The notes under the pieces: generated by a model
Database searches by the model: none
The model's input: the letters and a program-made list of their open reading frames with translations, nothing else
What the model was told of the DNA's origin: nothing
Program-made: the position numbers and the translations under genes
NCBI RefSeq assembly: GCF_036588685.1
Contig: NC_086377.1
Location: forward strand, 12,896,001 to 12,960,000
From: Mytilus trossulus
Taxonomy: Eukaryota
DNA length: 64,000 nt
Direction: 5' to 3'
In this document: one piece after another, positions 13,121 to 27,700 of the stretch
Position numbering within the stretch: position 1 is the stretch's first letter
How the letters are laid out: every line of letters begins with the position of its first letter

Positions 13121-16100
13121 TTCTTCACTAATATAGTTATACTTTTACAGTCAGTGCCTTGTGACCATTGACATAAACACATGCATCAATTGCAGGCTCA
13201 TTCTATAATTTGAATGTCAAAATAAATACAACGAAAGTACGTTATATTAAAACGTATTTAGGACATCCATGTCCTTGACGAAATTGCTATTTATGTACCT
13301 CGCATGTCATTTAAACTCCGCAAAATGATATCCATAAGTACCAATAATAAAATATAAGGTAAACATTATTATAAACTATTGATCAAATTTTACTTTTACT
13401 ACATAATGTAAGGTACTTGGTTTTTACTTTGTTGTTAAGATATACTTTGGGTGTTTCTACTTTTGTATATCAATTAGCATATTAATCTATTGCAATAAAA
13501 ATTCATAATTTCAAATAAAATTTGTAGATTTAGCTAACTAAGTCCTTATATTTGTATAAAATAACATTCGTTTATAGTGGAACATTGTTTTAACAGTGAA
13601 TTAGCTACAAATAAAATTTGCTTGCTAGTCCCTCTCTGTGATCACAAACAGATAACTCTGACTCATTTACCAATCAATCTATCATGAAGGGAAGTAAATT
13701 CATGCAATATTCATTCATAGTCTATTTCAAAAATGATAAACAGTTCTTTATATTGGTATGTAAACATTTTAAACGTTTCAAATTTATGAAATTATATTCG
13801 TACATCAATTGTTTAGATATATCAACAACAAAAACTGAAATATATTGCATTGATTCATTTTGTAAGTATTCAAAATTATATCAGAAACCTGAACATAATT
13901 ATAAAAAAATGAACCTGTTAAGGGGAGACAATTATCGTATAACTTTTTGAAATTGGCACATAATACCACGGCATGTCGCTCGTCATACAAATGGCACATC
14001 CATATAATTAATTAACTGCGCAATCGTGCTCCACCTTCAATGATGATTCTGAATTATAAATATAACCAACAGCTGTTAATCTATAGATAGTGAAGACTAA
14101 TGAAAGCTAACCCACTGTAAACATATTTTTTTGCACCTTTTTAAAACTTCCTCAGAAAAATTATCGAGCCACTTGACTTTCTTAGCTCAAAATAAACGTT
14201 TTTATAGAATATTTGAATAAAGTAGTTACAGATTATTCGCTTCTCAAAGTGTAAGACGCAATAAAAATCGTATGATTGCACAAACTTACCGAAATACGGA
14301 TTTAATTAAGTCCTAAACATTTTGACATTTCTTCGTATATTTTTATCGAAAACCGGTTTAAACAAATCACAAGTACGTGTTAATACTTTCCGTATGACTT
14401 AAAAGGCACCATCAGAAACACTGAGGGTTCGCACGTGCATCATTTTGACTTTTACAGGCAAACGTGGTATGATTGCCAATGAGACACTTGTCCACCAAAG
14501 TCAAAATAAAGTGGATGTGAGCAATTTTAAGAAACCGTTCGGCAATCAACATTGAGAAAAACCCATACTGTATGGTCAGCTTTAAAAGGCCTCGACATGA
14601 AAAATATGAAACCAATCCATTGAGAAAACTAACACCCTAAATTACGAACAACAAGTATAACAAATATAAACCAACTATATTCTACACCCTTGGTTTACTG
14701 TCTTTGTGATATTATCGTATATGCTTACTTGAACTTATTAATCTGTTGTTGGGCATGTCTAAGATGCATGTGTAAAGCCCTGTATAGCCTTATGCAAGCC
14801 GTACTATGACCTATAATGATTTACTTTTACAAATAGTTTGATTGAGAGTTGTCTCATTGACATTCATACCACATCTTTTTATATCTATTTACACATTTTT
14901 TTCTGCTTGGTCCTTTTACCATAGCATGTATGTTAAGGTTTTATCAATGTTACGGAACTTTAAACAACTGTCTTGCAAGTTGAAAGATGAGCTATCTATG
15001 AAACCAGGTTGAAACTACCATTGTTTTCGGAAAATGCCTGTACAGCCTCAGAAAATATGGCAATTGTTTTTCACCTGGTCCTTAGTTTGATATCCTTTGA
15101 TTTGTCAGTTTTTATTAACACCTCCTTTTTTGCTCTCAAATTATGCTCATTATGATTTGTTGCATCGGAATCACTTATATTAGTAAGTCATATGCACAGG
15201 ACGTATGATCAATAATATACACTCTAAGATATTGATTCTTTAAACACATCTGTACCATCAACGCGAATGAGCAAGTGTGATATAGAGATTATTTTTGTAT
15301 GTATAATCGTACTGGATGTAAACATGTATGTTATTAGTTACTGTACATTTGTTGTATCGGGTTTACAAATAAAACTAATGTTAAGGTTGCTATAATTTAA
15401 GTAAAGGTGCAGTTTAAATAAATCAACGTCCCTTTTTTTTTTGTTGTGTGTGCGGTTATATTATATTATGTATGTACACTCAGTGTGTACTAACGTCTTT
15501 TTTGTGTAACTGAATAGCCGGATACCAAATCCATTGACTCGTGTAAAAGAATAACTAGAAATCGTCGACATACTTAAGCTCTTAGGATGGACGACAGCAA
15601 TCCTTTTAATTTCAGATTTTGGACATTTAATCACACATTTTATCAGGTTTGCCTTTCGGTTTTTGTTTGTATACATGCATAAGGCACTTGTTTCCCTCTT
15701 TCTTTTGATTGATTTTTTTTATTCATATGTCAGGGGGGGGTAGAAGATTGCTATGCGGTATGGAAGTACGTACGGTGACTTTTGGCTGTTAAAATCTATG
15801 TCATGCAATATCTTGTAGAAAATTGTCTCTTTGCAATAATACCGAATCTCCTTATTTGTATACTAAGCATAAACATTGGAAAACGGCTTGCGTAATTACT
15901 ATGATGTTTTTTACAGGTCAAAGGAATATGTTGGATATACTATAGGATCAAATCAAATTCAACAATTTTATAAGTCAGCTATATAGAGGTGGCACGGTAG
16001 TCTGTACATTCCGGAATTTAGGCTGCTCTTTTGTGTGCCCTACTTTCGTCAATGTATATGAACAGTGTGATCGGACAGACAATACAGTATGTACTGAACA

Positions 16101-19100
16101 TACTTTTCAACACTGAAAGAATCAGATGTATACAAAAATTATATATGAACACATACAGGTGAGTTTTTGATATTTTGTTTAAATTTAGAATTCAATGCAT
16201 GGTATAAAGTACAATCACAAAAATACTGAACCCAGAGGAAAACCCAATCGGAAAGTCCACAACTACATGACAAAATAAAATAAAAAAACACATAAAAAAC
16301 GAATGGACAAGAACTGTCATATTCTTGACCCGGTACAGGCATTTTCAAATGTAGAAAAATGTTAGATCAAACCTGGTTTTAGAGGACCAGTCTGATAGTT
16401 TAAAAAAAACAAGATTTATTTGGCTAAAGTTGGGATAGTCAGTTTATAAAAAAAAATATGAATAAATGATTGACATGGAGATGTACTAGAAAGAAACATT
16501 AGATATATATTTCAGAAAGCAAAAGAAGTCGTAAAATACCTTTGCATGACAGATTACTTCATAAAGCAATGTCAGCTAAAATATTTAACTTAGTTTAAAG
16601 CAATGAAAACGGTTAATAGTCGCTTTGAAGCATTATTCATACACAATCGTCAAATATAAAACTTTAATTTGACTGTTTTTATGAAGAAGCGTCACATTTT
16701 TTGTTTGTTTGAAGCAACTAGTAGAACTTTATAACATTAAAAATGCTCTGATCTATAGACTTTTATTAATACATTGATTGAAAGTGCATCAAAGAAAAAT
16801 TATACCGTATTTAATCAATATATAAAATTTCATTTTATAAACTACTTAAGATTGTTACGCTTCGCATGTTATGTATTGAATAGACATACTTCCTGGATGT
16901 TTGTCAAAAGACCAAATTTATAATAAAATATTTAAATTTTAAAAATCTGAACGAGAGCACACAACTTATTTTGGCAGTTATATTTAAAGAATTGTTGGAG
17001 ATTACTATGCTTTAATAACAAATCAATTATGTGTACTATCATATGTTAAGAGAAATTAAATACGCTTACTAGTCACATATTATTTAGCTAACCATAAATG
17101 TACTTCCTTCTTTTGTCTTATTCACATAAAGTTTTGATGTTGTTAAATGAAAGTCTAACAACTGGTGTGGTTATTCCAAAGAATCGTCTATAATTTTACG
17201 AATACTGATTTCCGCAAAACGCCACTTTTTTCAGGACGTAATGCGTGTAATTTTCCGTAATAAGAAACGTAATGTGGATTTGTCGATGCTCCAATTTCTG
17301 TATCTCCCGCATCTAACGTCTACACCATTAATATTAGTGCAGTTGATTCTAACAGGATAACAGTCTAATAAATCCATAAAAAATAAAAAAAAATAAAACA
17401 TTACAGTTTCTGTGAGATCTTCAACAAAATATCGGACAGTTAGCAATCTCAAGATGACTGACCCTTTCGGTGTTACTTATATAATGCATGTCAATTATCA
17501 TTTTTGATATGAGGAAGGCGTTACCTTAAGTGCCAGCTTAAGACCATGTCCTATAAATTGATTGATTGTTGGTTGCTTAACGTCCAGTGGCAAATATTTC
17601 ATGCAAACATTTTGACGGGAAGTATTATGGTATACAAATGTCCGGCTTCCGTCTGTCCGACGTAAACAAGGTAGCATATTATCCTAATGCTATGGTTGTT
17701 TTTTTCATGATTGTCAAACGATCTGTATTCTTTTTGGTGAAACTTTGGAGTAACCAAAACAGGTATGTTTGTTTTCACATTCCGCACTGTATTTCATAAA
17801 CGATTTATGATTATTGCTAAAAGCTTTACACACTCCTTTTATTTTTAGAGTTATTGAGTTTATGAAAAAAGAGGGGGTATTCACATGTTACGCCGTATCT
17901 TAAAAAATATAGAAAATTATTGCATAAACAAAATCACATACTTGTTAGTTAAATTATTCTTAAGATCTGAGCTACAATTTGGTATCATAGAAACATGTTG
18001 TTATATACAAACATCCTTTTAAGAAAGATAAAGGCATGAGTCAGGATATACTTCCCATGACTTCCTGTACCATCCCGTGTTGTTTTAAAAACATTTATTA
18101 TGTTGTTTTGTTCATAAGACGACGATCGTATTATGCGCTCGAAGTGCAGCTGTTTATTTTGTTCTTTTATTTCTTTTACACATATATTAGATAAATGACG
18201 GAATAACAGCAAATACAATGCAAATTCCAATTGATATAATTAATATTTCCGAACCAACTCTTTTAAAGAATAGTTGATATGCACTGATTTTCGAACGTGT
18301 CCATTCGATATCAGTTTAATAGAAATTTGGCAAGAATTGTACACTTGAAAAATCTAATTAACCATCAGGACCGGAAGGACACACAGATGAACGAACGTGC
18401 GATATTTTATGTACTCTGCAATGCGTCGCGCTGTGGTGAAAAAAATATATAGTTACTGTATAATTTATTATGGTATAGTTTTTCTGTCTGGACAAAAGCA
18501 TCCTTTAGCATATTAAAGATTCTCCTTCATAAGATTTCGTTTTGTTTTCTGACAAAAAAAAGAAGATGTGGTATAATCGTCAATGATACAATTCTCTACA
18601 AGAGACACACATGACACAGAAATTAACAACTATAGGTCACCGTACGGTCTTCAACAATGAGAAAAGCCCATACCGCATAGACAGCTATAAAAACTGTCAA
18701 TTTTAAAACTGTTAAGAAGCCTCTCGATTTTATTCAATTGTTATCATTGACCCGAATAAAAGTTTAATTTTATGAATGAATGTGAAATCCTAAAAAGTGA
18801 TTTTACGTGAATAGAGGAAATTAAAGGAGTATTGTAATGAAACAGCATCCACCAAACAAAACGAAAAAAAACAAACATTTAGAGGTCAACATATGGTATG
18901 AATTTATACAAACGTTAATACTGGAGTGTGTACAGTACATGTACCTGTATGTCAAGTTAATTCTAAATTGCCGAGTCTTTAATTTTAAAAGCCGTACAAA
19001 TTTTCAACAGTCCGTACTCACTTTTCTTGAGATATTTCTCACATAGACACAAACAAAGAGATGTATTTCTGATTTACAAGATTTTGTTTCCGGAAACAAT

Positions 19101-20330
19101 ATTCCCTATTTATAGGTAACTCTTTACAAGCAATATTTATACATCGGAAAAATGTCGCAGGTAATTTGCAGCGATAACGTCGAAAACGTCTGCCAACGAA
19201 GTCGTGCACTTTAGCGCTAACGTTGAGGTAACATAGGGGAAACGCAATTTTTAGGATAAATCGCGTTTATCATAGAATCCAGCAAGGTGACATATATTTT
19301 TTATTTGAGATTTGGAGAAAGTATGACAAAATGCAGTTTATGCAGAAAAATTATAAGAATGACATTTTCAGAAACACTTTATATCCATATTATTTTGATT
19401 AAAAAAATACCACTTTGAGCATCTGGTCTGCAAGGTCAAGCAAGGCTTGAATAATTGTATAGTCATTAGTGGAGGGATTTTTTTTTCTTATTGTCACTTA
19501 TCACGGCTTCAATTCGAACCCGATCTTAATAATTCACGACGAATAATATTTGCTCCAAAAATTTTATATCATTGCTAACCTTTTTTTACAAAATTGCACA
19601 AATCCCCAATTTTTAGCCTCATTTTTTTCGAAAAAAAACTCGCCAAGGCCTTCAACATATTTCAAAACTATAAAAATGACATTATATTGAAAAACTGTAT
19701 CGGATGCCCTTAATAGACCTGTAAATGATGACATACGATCTTCTATCAAACATTATACTTACACAATGACGGAGACACATATCGATATCGGTGTAAGCTA
19801 GGGAATAAAACAGTGTCCTAAGTAAACATGACTTGACTACTTTCATGAATTTCTTGAAACAAATATACTCAAATTATACTTTTCCAGTTATATAATAATG
19901 GCACACCAATTTTGTCTTCGCAAAGACGCTTTGTTTGAAGGTATAGTTAATATTTCAGACTCTTGAATCATATCTTGAAAAGATAAACTATCTTAAAATT
20001 ATCAATCTTATGATTGAGCGGTATTGTTTAGTAATGGTAACTCATGTCTAGCATATTTCAGTGATATACTTATCACAAACAGAAACAGACTGGTGTGCTA
20101 TCGGAAATGACGTTAGCAAGGGTCCGTGTTTTTCTTAAAGTTTGAACAACTAAACACATTTTCTCTCCGATACGACATTATGTTCATGAAGGTGTCAAAA
20201 ACTGTTAATTGTTTAAGTGTCCATAAACATGCATTATAAAATATCTTCATCGGGACAAATATGACTTAATTTATCCTTTCCTCGTACAAAATGTATACGT
20301 GTTAGAACATACGTCGATACACCAGCAAAT

Positions 20331-20828
20331 AGAGCATTTGCATTATTCACGTATCAGGATACGTGCACGGATCGACGTATACGTATCGAACAGATTTGCA
20401 TAAAATAATGACTTTACCCCGGTCTCAATTAAAATTTAATGCATTATAAAATATTTTCATCGGGACCAACCAGCCTTAAATTGTTCTTTCCTCATATACG
20501 TGTTATACGATACGTCGATACGGATACTCCAGCAAATACTTGATTAATGCAAATGCTCTATTACAGGACAAATGCATATGCTTCATTAGATCATGTGCAC
20601 TATTCACGCATCAGGATACTTGCCCGGATCGAGGTAAACGTTTCTAGCAGATTTGCTTAGGATAATGAGCAAGACCCGATCTCAACTGAAACTAAATTTA
20701 AATCAAATGCACAATGAACTATCTTTATCGGTATCATCTTGATTTAATTAATGATTTCTTTACATACGTGTTATACGATACGTCGATACGAATACGACAG
20801 ACCATACGTGAATAATGCAAATGCTCTC
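20331..20828. repeat. Foldback/MITE-like repeat cluster
   Basis: Perfect 24-bp inverted repeat agagcatttgcattattcacgtat (20331) / atacgtgaataatgcaaatgctct (~20805-20828), with internal ~200-250-bp repeats. About 233 bp (20331-20563) is absent in copy B. Confidence 0.7.
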
Positions 20829-21943
20829 TTGGGGACAATCAAAATAACGTATTTAACAAATTGAAGACATGTAACGTAATTGAAAGAAACAAAAGTATAC
20901 ATTTATTATAGAAATACAGATAAGTCGTAACATATACATGCCTGTGCATGTAGATTTAGAATAGTACTCACATCATACGTTGCAGCTAGTAAACTTACAG
21001 TTGTTTTTAAATGTTTGCTTCACACTTTTAATAACGGAAATGATATGACTAGTAGTCTTTTAAAATCATTTATCAATTTTATATATACACTCATCAAACA
21101 TACAACACTACTTTTGCATCTTTTCAGAAGAAAGCTTGACGTATTTTGTTTAAAGTAAAACGTATTTGAACTTGGATGATATTCAAAATGCTCTGCTCTA
21201 AGGATTTTAATAAATGAAAGGATTAAAATTCATATGAAATGTCAATATGAAAGTAAATAAAACTTATTACTTTTCACATTGTATAATATATAGACATGCT
21301 TCAAGGATCTTGATTAAAAGACACAAACACAACTTAGCATAATATTTCATTGGGACACTTTAAAACTTACTTCAAAATAATTAAATTGCATTTAATTTTC
21401 TGAAAGAAACCATATAACTCTATTTATACCTTTTTACAGTGGTATCAACATACGCCGTTAGAGGTTACTAAGCAACGAAAACACATTGCGTGTGTGTTAT
21501 ATAGTAACTTTAATTTTGGAAAAATCCACTACGATTACATTCTTCTTATCACAGGGCGCAGTTTATAGCGTTTACCATCATGGTCATTTCAAGGAAGAGA
21601 TCATACAAAAATCGACATTTTCTTGATGAGTTTATAGTATTTAAGATATATCTGTTTATTCTGTTATAAGATCGCCCTTAAGGTATCATTCTTTTACAAT
21701 AAATAAGACCCATATCGATGTTTTGTAAGTTTTGTGTGGGATAATGTTTTAGGGAAACAAGAAACTACTACCGTTATGGTTTTAAAACTAGCATACACAA
21801 ATAAAACTTGACAAAATACAGCAATTATATGAAGTGTTGATCACTTCATCAATTCCCTCTGTGTAAAGTCTTGTGATTTGATAGTGCTTTGTTTCAAATT
21901 GTGAATAAATAAATCGTCAGTATATCATTGGAGTAGGTTATGA

Positions 21944-21987
21944 GCATGTCTGATGAGTCTTGTGTAGACGAAACGCGCGTCTGGCAT
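21944..21987 (+). ncRNA. Minimal type-I hammerhead ribozyme motif (retrozyme fragment)
   Basis: CTGATGA-GTCT-TGTGT-AGAC-GAAA-CGCGCG-TC: intact catalytic core, 4-bp stem II, palindromic stem III, imperfect stem I. The paralog at ~36598-36641 has CTAATGA (core mutated). Confidence 0.75.
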
Positions 21988-22456
21988 ACTAAATTATAAT
22001 TCTTGTACCTTTGATAACTATGTATTCTTTATGACAATGCATTACACTCGACTATATGAAAACAATTAGTTTAAAGGTAATGTACTCTATGAACCTCTTA
22101 GACAGGGATGAATTACGCATGACCAAGAGAGGAAAAAAATGTCAACAATGACCAACATTGAAAGTGAAAAAAGGGCAGACAGTTGCCTTATTCCATCTAC
22201 AAAAAACAGGTGAATACTATTATTCAAACACGTTTTTTACCTCTCATATGAAATCAAACAGATATAAACAATCAAATTGCAAGAGTAAGCTATCTATTTA
22301 TATCTATGTGTATATCGACTTACATCATACGTCCTAATTATAATGTAAGCACACGTATTACTTAGAATACAGGTAAATGTTGCTCTCACTTAATTAGGCA
22401 GTGCACTGATATATATATGTATTACACGTGTTTTTAAATTATAACTTTTTTATTGC

Positions 22457-23000
22457 ATGGTGGACATAACGGCTCATTAGATGTTACGAGATCAAAAACT
22501 TAAACAATTGACAACGGCATTTGGAAACAACTGTGGTGGAAACATGGAAGTAATTTCTGGTTCAGAATTTCTAAGGGTTTACCGAAAGCGGTATCCATAT
22601 TCCTTTCTCTATCTACTCAGATGTTTCGAATCAATGAAAAGAACCGTTTAGTCTAGTAAATCAGTGTGTGTAAACGTTACCGTACCATATACCAATCTCA
22701 ATTATTTTTGTTTATCATAACTTATGAGAAAGCCTGTATGAGTTTTTTTCCAGCGAAATACAATAGAGAAATAGAAAAGGTAGATAAAGATAAAATTCGA
22801 ATTCATTAAGATTACGCAAAAAACCAGATGTATGAAATCTGCAAAGAAATAGTATTGCTTATTAATAAAGTATTTCGAAGAGATACTCTCAATAATTTTA
22901 GACATATTTTCCTTGCAGTTTTAAAAAGGCCCAGTTGTATTTGGGTACAAACCTGATATCATTTTGTCCCGAATTATTATATATTCTTACGGCGTACTAC
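22457..23000 (+). pseudogene. HSPA12: HSP70-family member 12 (HSPA12-like) pseudogene fragment
   Basis: VDITAH...KLKQLTTAFGNNCGG (cf. VDITVH..LKEL..ASGG.WGG), YPYSFLYLLRCFESMKR (cf. DYLDLFREFE.KKR) and LAVLK.PVVFGYKPDII.SRI..YSYG (cf. LAVLKGAV.FGH.P..I.SR..RYTYG). Stops, frameshifts and an internal deletion. Confidence 0.75.
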
Positions 23001-23489
23001 CTGCTTCAGATTGGAAAAAAAACAAACAACAGCGCGTTAAAAAATATTGTTCGTCCGAAGCGCTTTTCTTTGAATGTGTACTTTAAAACGAGTGAAATAT
23101 TGAATTTGAAATAGATTGACCAATCTGAAGATTAGAGAAATTTCAAAAGTTCAATTTACGAATACAGCAACATATATGCTAAACTATACTGACAATATAC
23201 CATAACTATAGATAAGCACCAAATGTGATTATCATAAACAACATGCTAAGTTGTACATTTATAATGTTTTATTGAGTGGGTTGTTGCCTTATATTGAAGA
23301 TAAATAGAGTGACACATGTATTTCTTCGTGCAATTTTAATGAAATGAGATTGTACAGGATAAACCACCCATGGAATCTTTTATCACTGTTTTATCATTCT
23401 TTCCTGTCAATTAGCTGTAAGCTTTTATGAAACAGAGAAAGAAGCTATTTGCTAATCAAAAAATGAAAATAATACATTTAAAATGTCGT

Positions 23490-23620
23490 CGGTACGAAGC
23501 GCTTTTCTAGATTTTTTTTCATCATGAACGTTGAAAGCCAAATCGTGGAAAACACATGATGTATACAAAAAGAAACAGTTGAAGAGCTATAAAACTGGAC
23601 CTACATAATTAGCCACAATC
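23490..23620 (-). mobile_element. Decayed retrozyme-like fragment of a second hammerhead family
   Basis: Minus strand reads ...TGATGA...GAAAAGCGCTTCG with palindromic stem III aagcgctt. Paralog at ~38155-38285; truncated pieces at ~23050 and ~37717. Confidence 0.45.
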
Positions 23621-24419
23621 AATTATGGTCATCTTTACTTGAAGTAATTGAAACCTTAGTTTCTAATAATTTCAAAAGTTATTCACCAAGTGTTGAAAGG
23701 TTTGTTATAAATCATTTAGATAACCAAAGTACAGACTACTGGGTTGAATTGCAGATTAAAATAATTTAAGACCGCAGGGAAGATTAATTATGTAGTTGTA
23801 TAGCATAGACCTCTATAAAAAGAGGGATAACTTTATACTGTAAATGTTTTTAAAGATGTCTCTGTAGTGCTCAGTGGTCGGATTTCCGAACTTAATTATT
23901 CTATAACTGTTTAAATTATATATCTCCATTTAACTTATGACTAATGAGTCAGTAAATTTAATCGTTCGGGGTTAGCACAAGTTTGTGTATATATGCCATG
24001 TGTTTGCTGCTTCTAATCATTATCTTTTGATTCGTAAATATTAGACCGTATACTTTTGGTGATATCTAAATTGATATGAGTACTATTTGCTTTAATCTTA
24101 GTGAACTTTGAATTAATCTGTTTGGATGATTTAGATTGCAGTACTTACTGAGCAATTTGAGGTAACTAAAAAGGCTAACTATTTTTATAGTTTAGCTCTT
24201 GTTTGAGTTATTCTGATTTCCTCTTTTTTTTTGTTTGATGCTTTGATTTTTGTCTTTTCTTTTCAATGTTGAACCACTTTGAAGCAACGTCGATTAGTCT
24301 GTATTTTTGAATGATTATAGATAGTAAGTGTTTGATGAAATGTGAATATTATAAGGATAAAGATAGGTAAAGTTTTGTTTGTGTTGAATATGAATTCACG
24401 TATTGAATATAATGTCATA

Positions 24420-24632
24420 AAAGAGGAACAAAAGATAACATTAGGACAGTCAAACTCATAGATTGAAAATAAACTGACAACGCCACGGCTGAAAATAAAA
24501 AGTCAAAGAGACAAATAATAGTACAGAAGACAAAACATAGAAAACTAAAGACTTAGCAACACGAACCCCACCAAATACTGGAGATGATCTCAGGTGCTCC
24601 AGAAGAGTTAGTAGATCCTGTTCCACGTGTTG
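24420..24632 (+). mobile_element. Interspersed repeat (unclassified); inverted copy at ~40390-40620
   Basis: gacagtcaaactcataga...aaactaaagact.agcaacacgaaccccacca...caggtgctcc occurs in reverse complement at 40400-40620. Confidence 0.75.
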
Positions 24633-25739
24633 CTAATGATATTACAATCAATAAGCATTATTAAAGCAAAACAAATGACAATATTACATTAATTGCTTCA
24701 TGAAAAATCGAAATTACATTCAACAAAATATAACTCAAAATGAACCCACATTAAGGTCAGCTTTGCCCAAGATGGATGAACATTTACAACACTAAATACA
24801 TTGCAAACGATGTTTATGATTTTCTGTTCAAGAATACTTACATGTATATTATCCAGTAAAAAGACAAATGTGCATATTGTGTGCGTAAAGCTCTTGCATA
24901 TATTTTAAGGTGATAGTTTGTAACATATAAGTGTAGGTAGTCCCCAATAAATAAGGTTTTATATCAAAATAAACCAAACAACTGTTCATGTAACAAACAA
25001 TTTCATTAGTTCAATGTATAACACAATGATATATATAGACACCGATTGTAACTGAGTTTGATATGTGACTTTATAGATATTTTTATTTCCCTACACGAAA
25101 GGAGAAACAATGCATGCCTTACGTAGTTTGAATGGCTTTACATAAGTAAAGAAATAAAGTTACTGAGAAATATTTCACAAATATTACCTTACTAAACGGT
25201 TTGTTTACAATAAATGTACTTAGGCCCTTGATATTGCAAACGACGAGTGCGATAAACATCAACATTAAAAAATTCAACATTTACAAATATAGCATGTGTA
25301 ACATTGAACGTTCGAGTATGAACGGTAAGTTTTCGATTATCAACATCCAATATTGGAACACAATGTGTTTTTTTTCAAATTTCAACACTAACACACTTCA
25401 TCACTCGATGGTAAGAGCAAAGTATGTTTGGACTTAACATCAACTGTATCATTAAACCCATTTATTATTAGTCTGACAGATTGGTGACGTTACGACGAGG
25501 ACTGGACTGATCGATGATCGCTGTTTGATCGCTAAAATAGTACGCTTAAGGTTGCGAATACTGTTATACTGGTACGACATAAATGCTTTCAACTGCACAT
25601 AAAATGTCTGTAGTGTAGATTTGTCTGCCTTTATACTTGTCCATGTTGTAGAAAGTGTAACTGTGGTTCTTTGTACTATCTACGACAAAACTATGATATG
25701 TAATTCACACAATCAAAATTGCCAATAATACGTGTTTGC

Positions 25740-27700
25740 CTCTATTTTAGCACAGGCACCAACTAACCAAAAACTAAAAGGAAAACTTGGTTTTCGAATT
25801 TGATTAAGGTTTTTTTAAGCATCAAAAACTTCTGGTCAAAATTTATTTGATGACCCTTTAATAGGCCCAATATAACTTATTTCAATAACATTTATTTTCT
25901 CCACAATAGAGACTAATCTCACCCACTTTGAATCCGAATCATGCAGACGTCTTACCCATGTAAGTTTTAGTCCCTGTATAAATGCTTTTAAATTTAGCAT
26001 TTTTAAACCACCCTTATAATAATCTTGACATTAAAGATCTCGCTTGACCTTATCTGGTTTATTAACCCAGATAAAAGCATACATTTTATTTGTTAAATTA
26101 CGTAACATATTCTCATCTGGACTAGGGATAGATAGTAACAGATGATTTAATTTAGCTATGAACAAAGTTTTGTAAAATGGTAATATTTCCAAAGGGGGTG
26201 AGATACTGTTTTGACCAATTCTTCAAAGTGTTGTATATATTTTCTTAAACTGACCTATAATTAAGTTAATCATTCTATCTAGGTCGACTGAAAACGTAAT
26301 TCCAAGCAGCTTAAATCTACTGGAGCCCCATTTCAACCCCCACTTTACACAAATATTATCCTGGCTATGTTTTTTGCTACCTATCCAAATAACACTTTTT
26401 TTTCTATTTTAATCTTAAGTCCCGAGATTTTAGAGAACACGAAGAGATGCATCGAGCGATTCTGGCGAGCCATCTAATATCAATGATGTAGCATCTGCAT
26501 ATTGAGAAAGTACAAATTCTGTATCATCTATAGTAAAACCCTTTATCTCCTTACTTTTTCTTACCAGAATGCCTAATATTTCTGCACATAGCAAGAAAAT
26601 ATAAGGGGATAAAGGATCTCCCTGTCTACAGCCTCTCTCTCTAGTGAAAAAGTCTGACAGGATATAACAGATTCACCAAAATTAAAATATCTTAATGTAT
26701 CATAAAGAAATGAACAAGATATGGAATCGAGTGCCCTCTTAAAATCAATCAGCAAGATAATTCCTGGAATATTAATGTCTTCAGTAAAATGTAGAATATC
26801 ATATATTAATCGACAATTTTCGCCTATATATCTACCTGGAACAAAACCAGTTTGATCCGAACTAATTAATTTTGACAAAACAGATTTTATTCTCTCTGCT
26901 ATACAGCTTAATGCCAATTTATATTTAGAATTAAGTAGACTATGGTTTACAATATTTTTGGACACATGTAATCACTCCCTGCCTCTGGTTGACAGACATT
27001 TGGCCCTTCCCATATCCAAAATTTAGAGACCTAAGGACAAATTTATTAATAGCAATCAAAAGAAAAATTGAAAAATTCTGCAGTGTAACCAACAGATCCT
27101 GGACTCTTGTTATTTTTCATCCTCTTTAATGTTGGAGTTAATTCAGAAAATATAATATTTCCCTCCAATAACTGCTTTTCATCCTCGCTAAGCTTCGGTA
27201 TCTCGTCATAACAATAGTCCCGTGTTAAATCAACCTTTTTCAAACAATCTTGTTTTCTATAAAGTTTTTCATAAAACACCCTTGTCTGATTTAAGATTTC
27301 TTTTTGTTCTTCCACTATAACACCATTTTCTAAAGTAAGTTTTTGAATAGTCTTATTAATATAATTTCTAAGTCTCTAGATTAAAAAAAAATGGTAGGGT
27401 TTTCTCCTTCTTCAATCCACTGACTTCTTGACCTAACATATTGTCCCTGAACCTTCTTTTGTCTATACATTTCAAGTTTTGCTTTTTTTCTGATCAATCT
27501 CTTCCACATTTTCTATTGTTAGAGCATGTTCTTCTAATTGATTTAATTTTGAAAAAATCTCATTTTCTATTTTTATACCCGCCTTTTTTTATAAGAGGCA
27601 TATGAAATTGTTTTATCGCGTATTTCTGTGAGTACAGTTTTGAAAAATAACTGGTCGTCAACAGTAAATTCAATTTCAGAGTTTGTAAATTTCAATATTG
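25740..27700 (-). mobile_element. Decayed Tx1/L1-clade LINE fragment (duplicate copy, uninterrupted)
   Basis: Same RT motifs (DQTGF, GCRQGDPLSP, SQYADA). Lacks the 1.18-kb insertion. Confidence 0.9.

Larger units (their letters stand above)
9678..24250 (+). repeat. Segmental duplication copy A (~14.6 kb)
   Basis: Colinear high-identity match to 25461-38980, from ttattattagtctgacagattggtgacg to ttttgtttgatgctttgatt. Confidence 0.95.

Noticed and set aside
24650-25460. Possible old LINE remnant in the spacer between the duplication copies
   Set aside because: Only vague resemblance; no diagnostic motif could be read.
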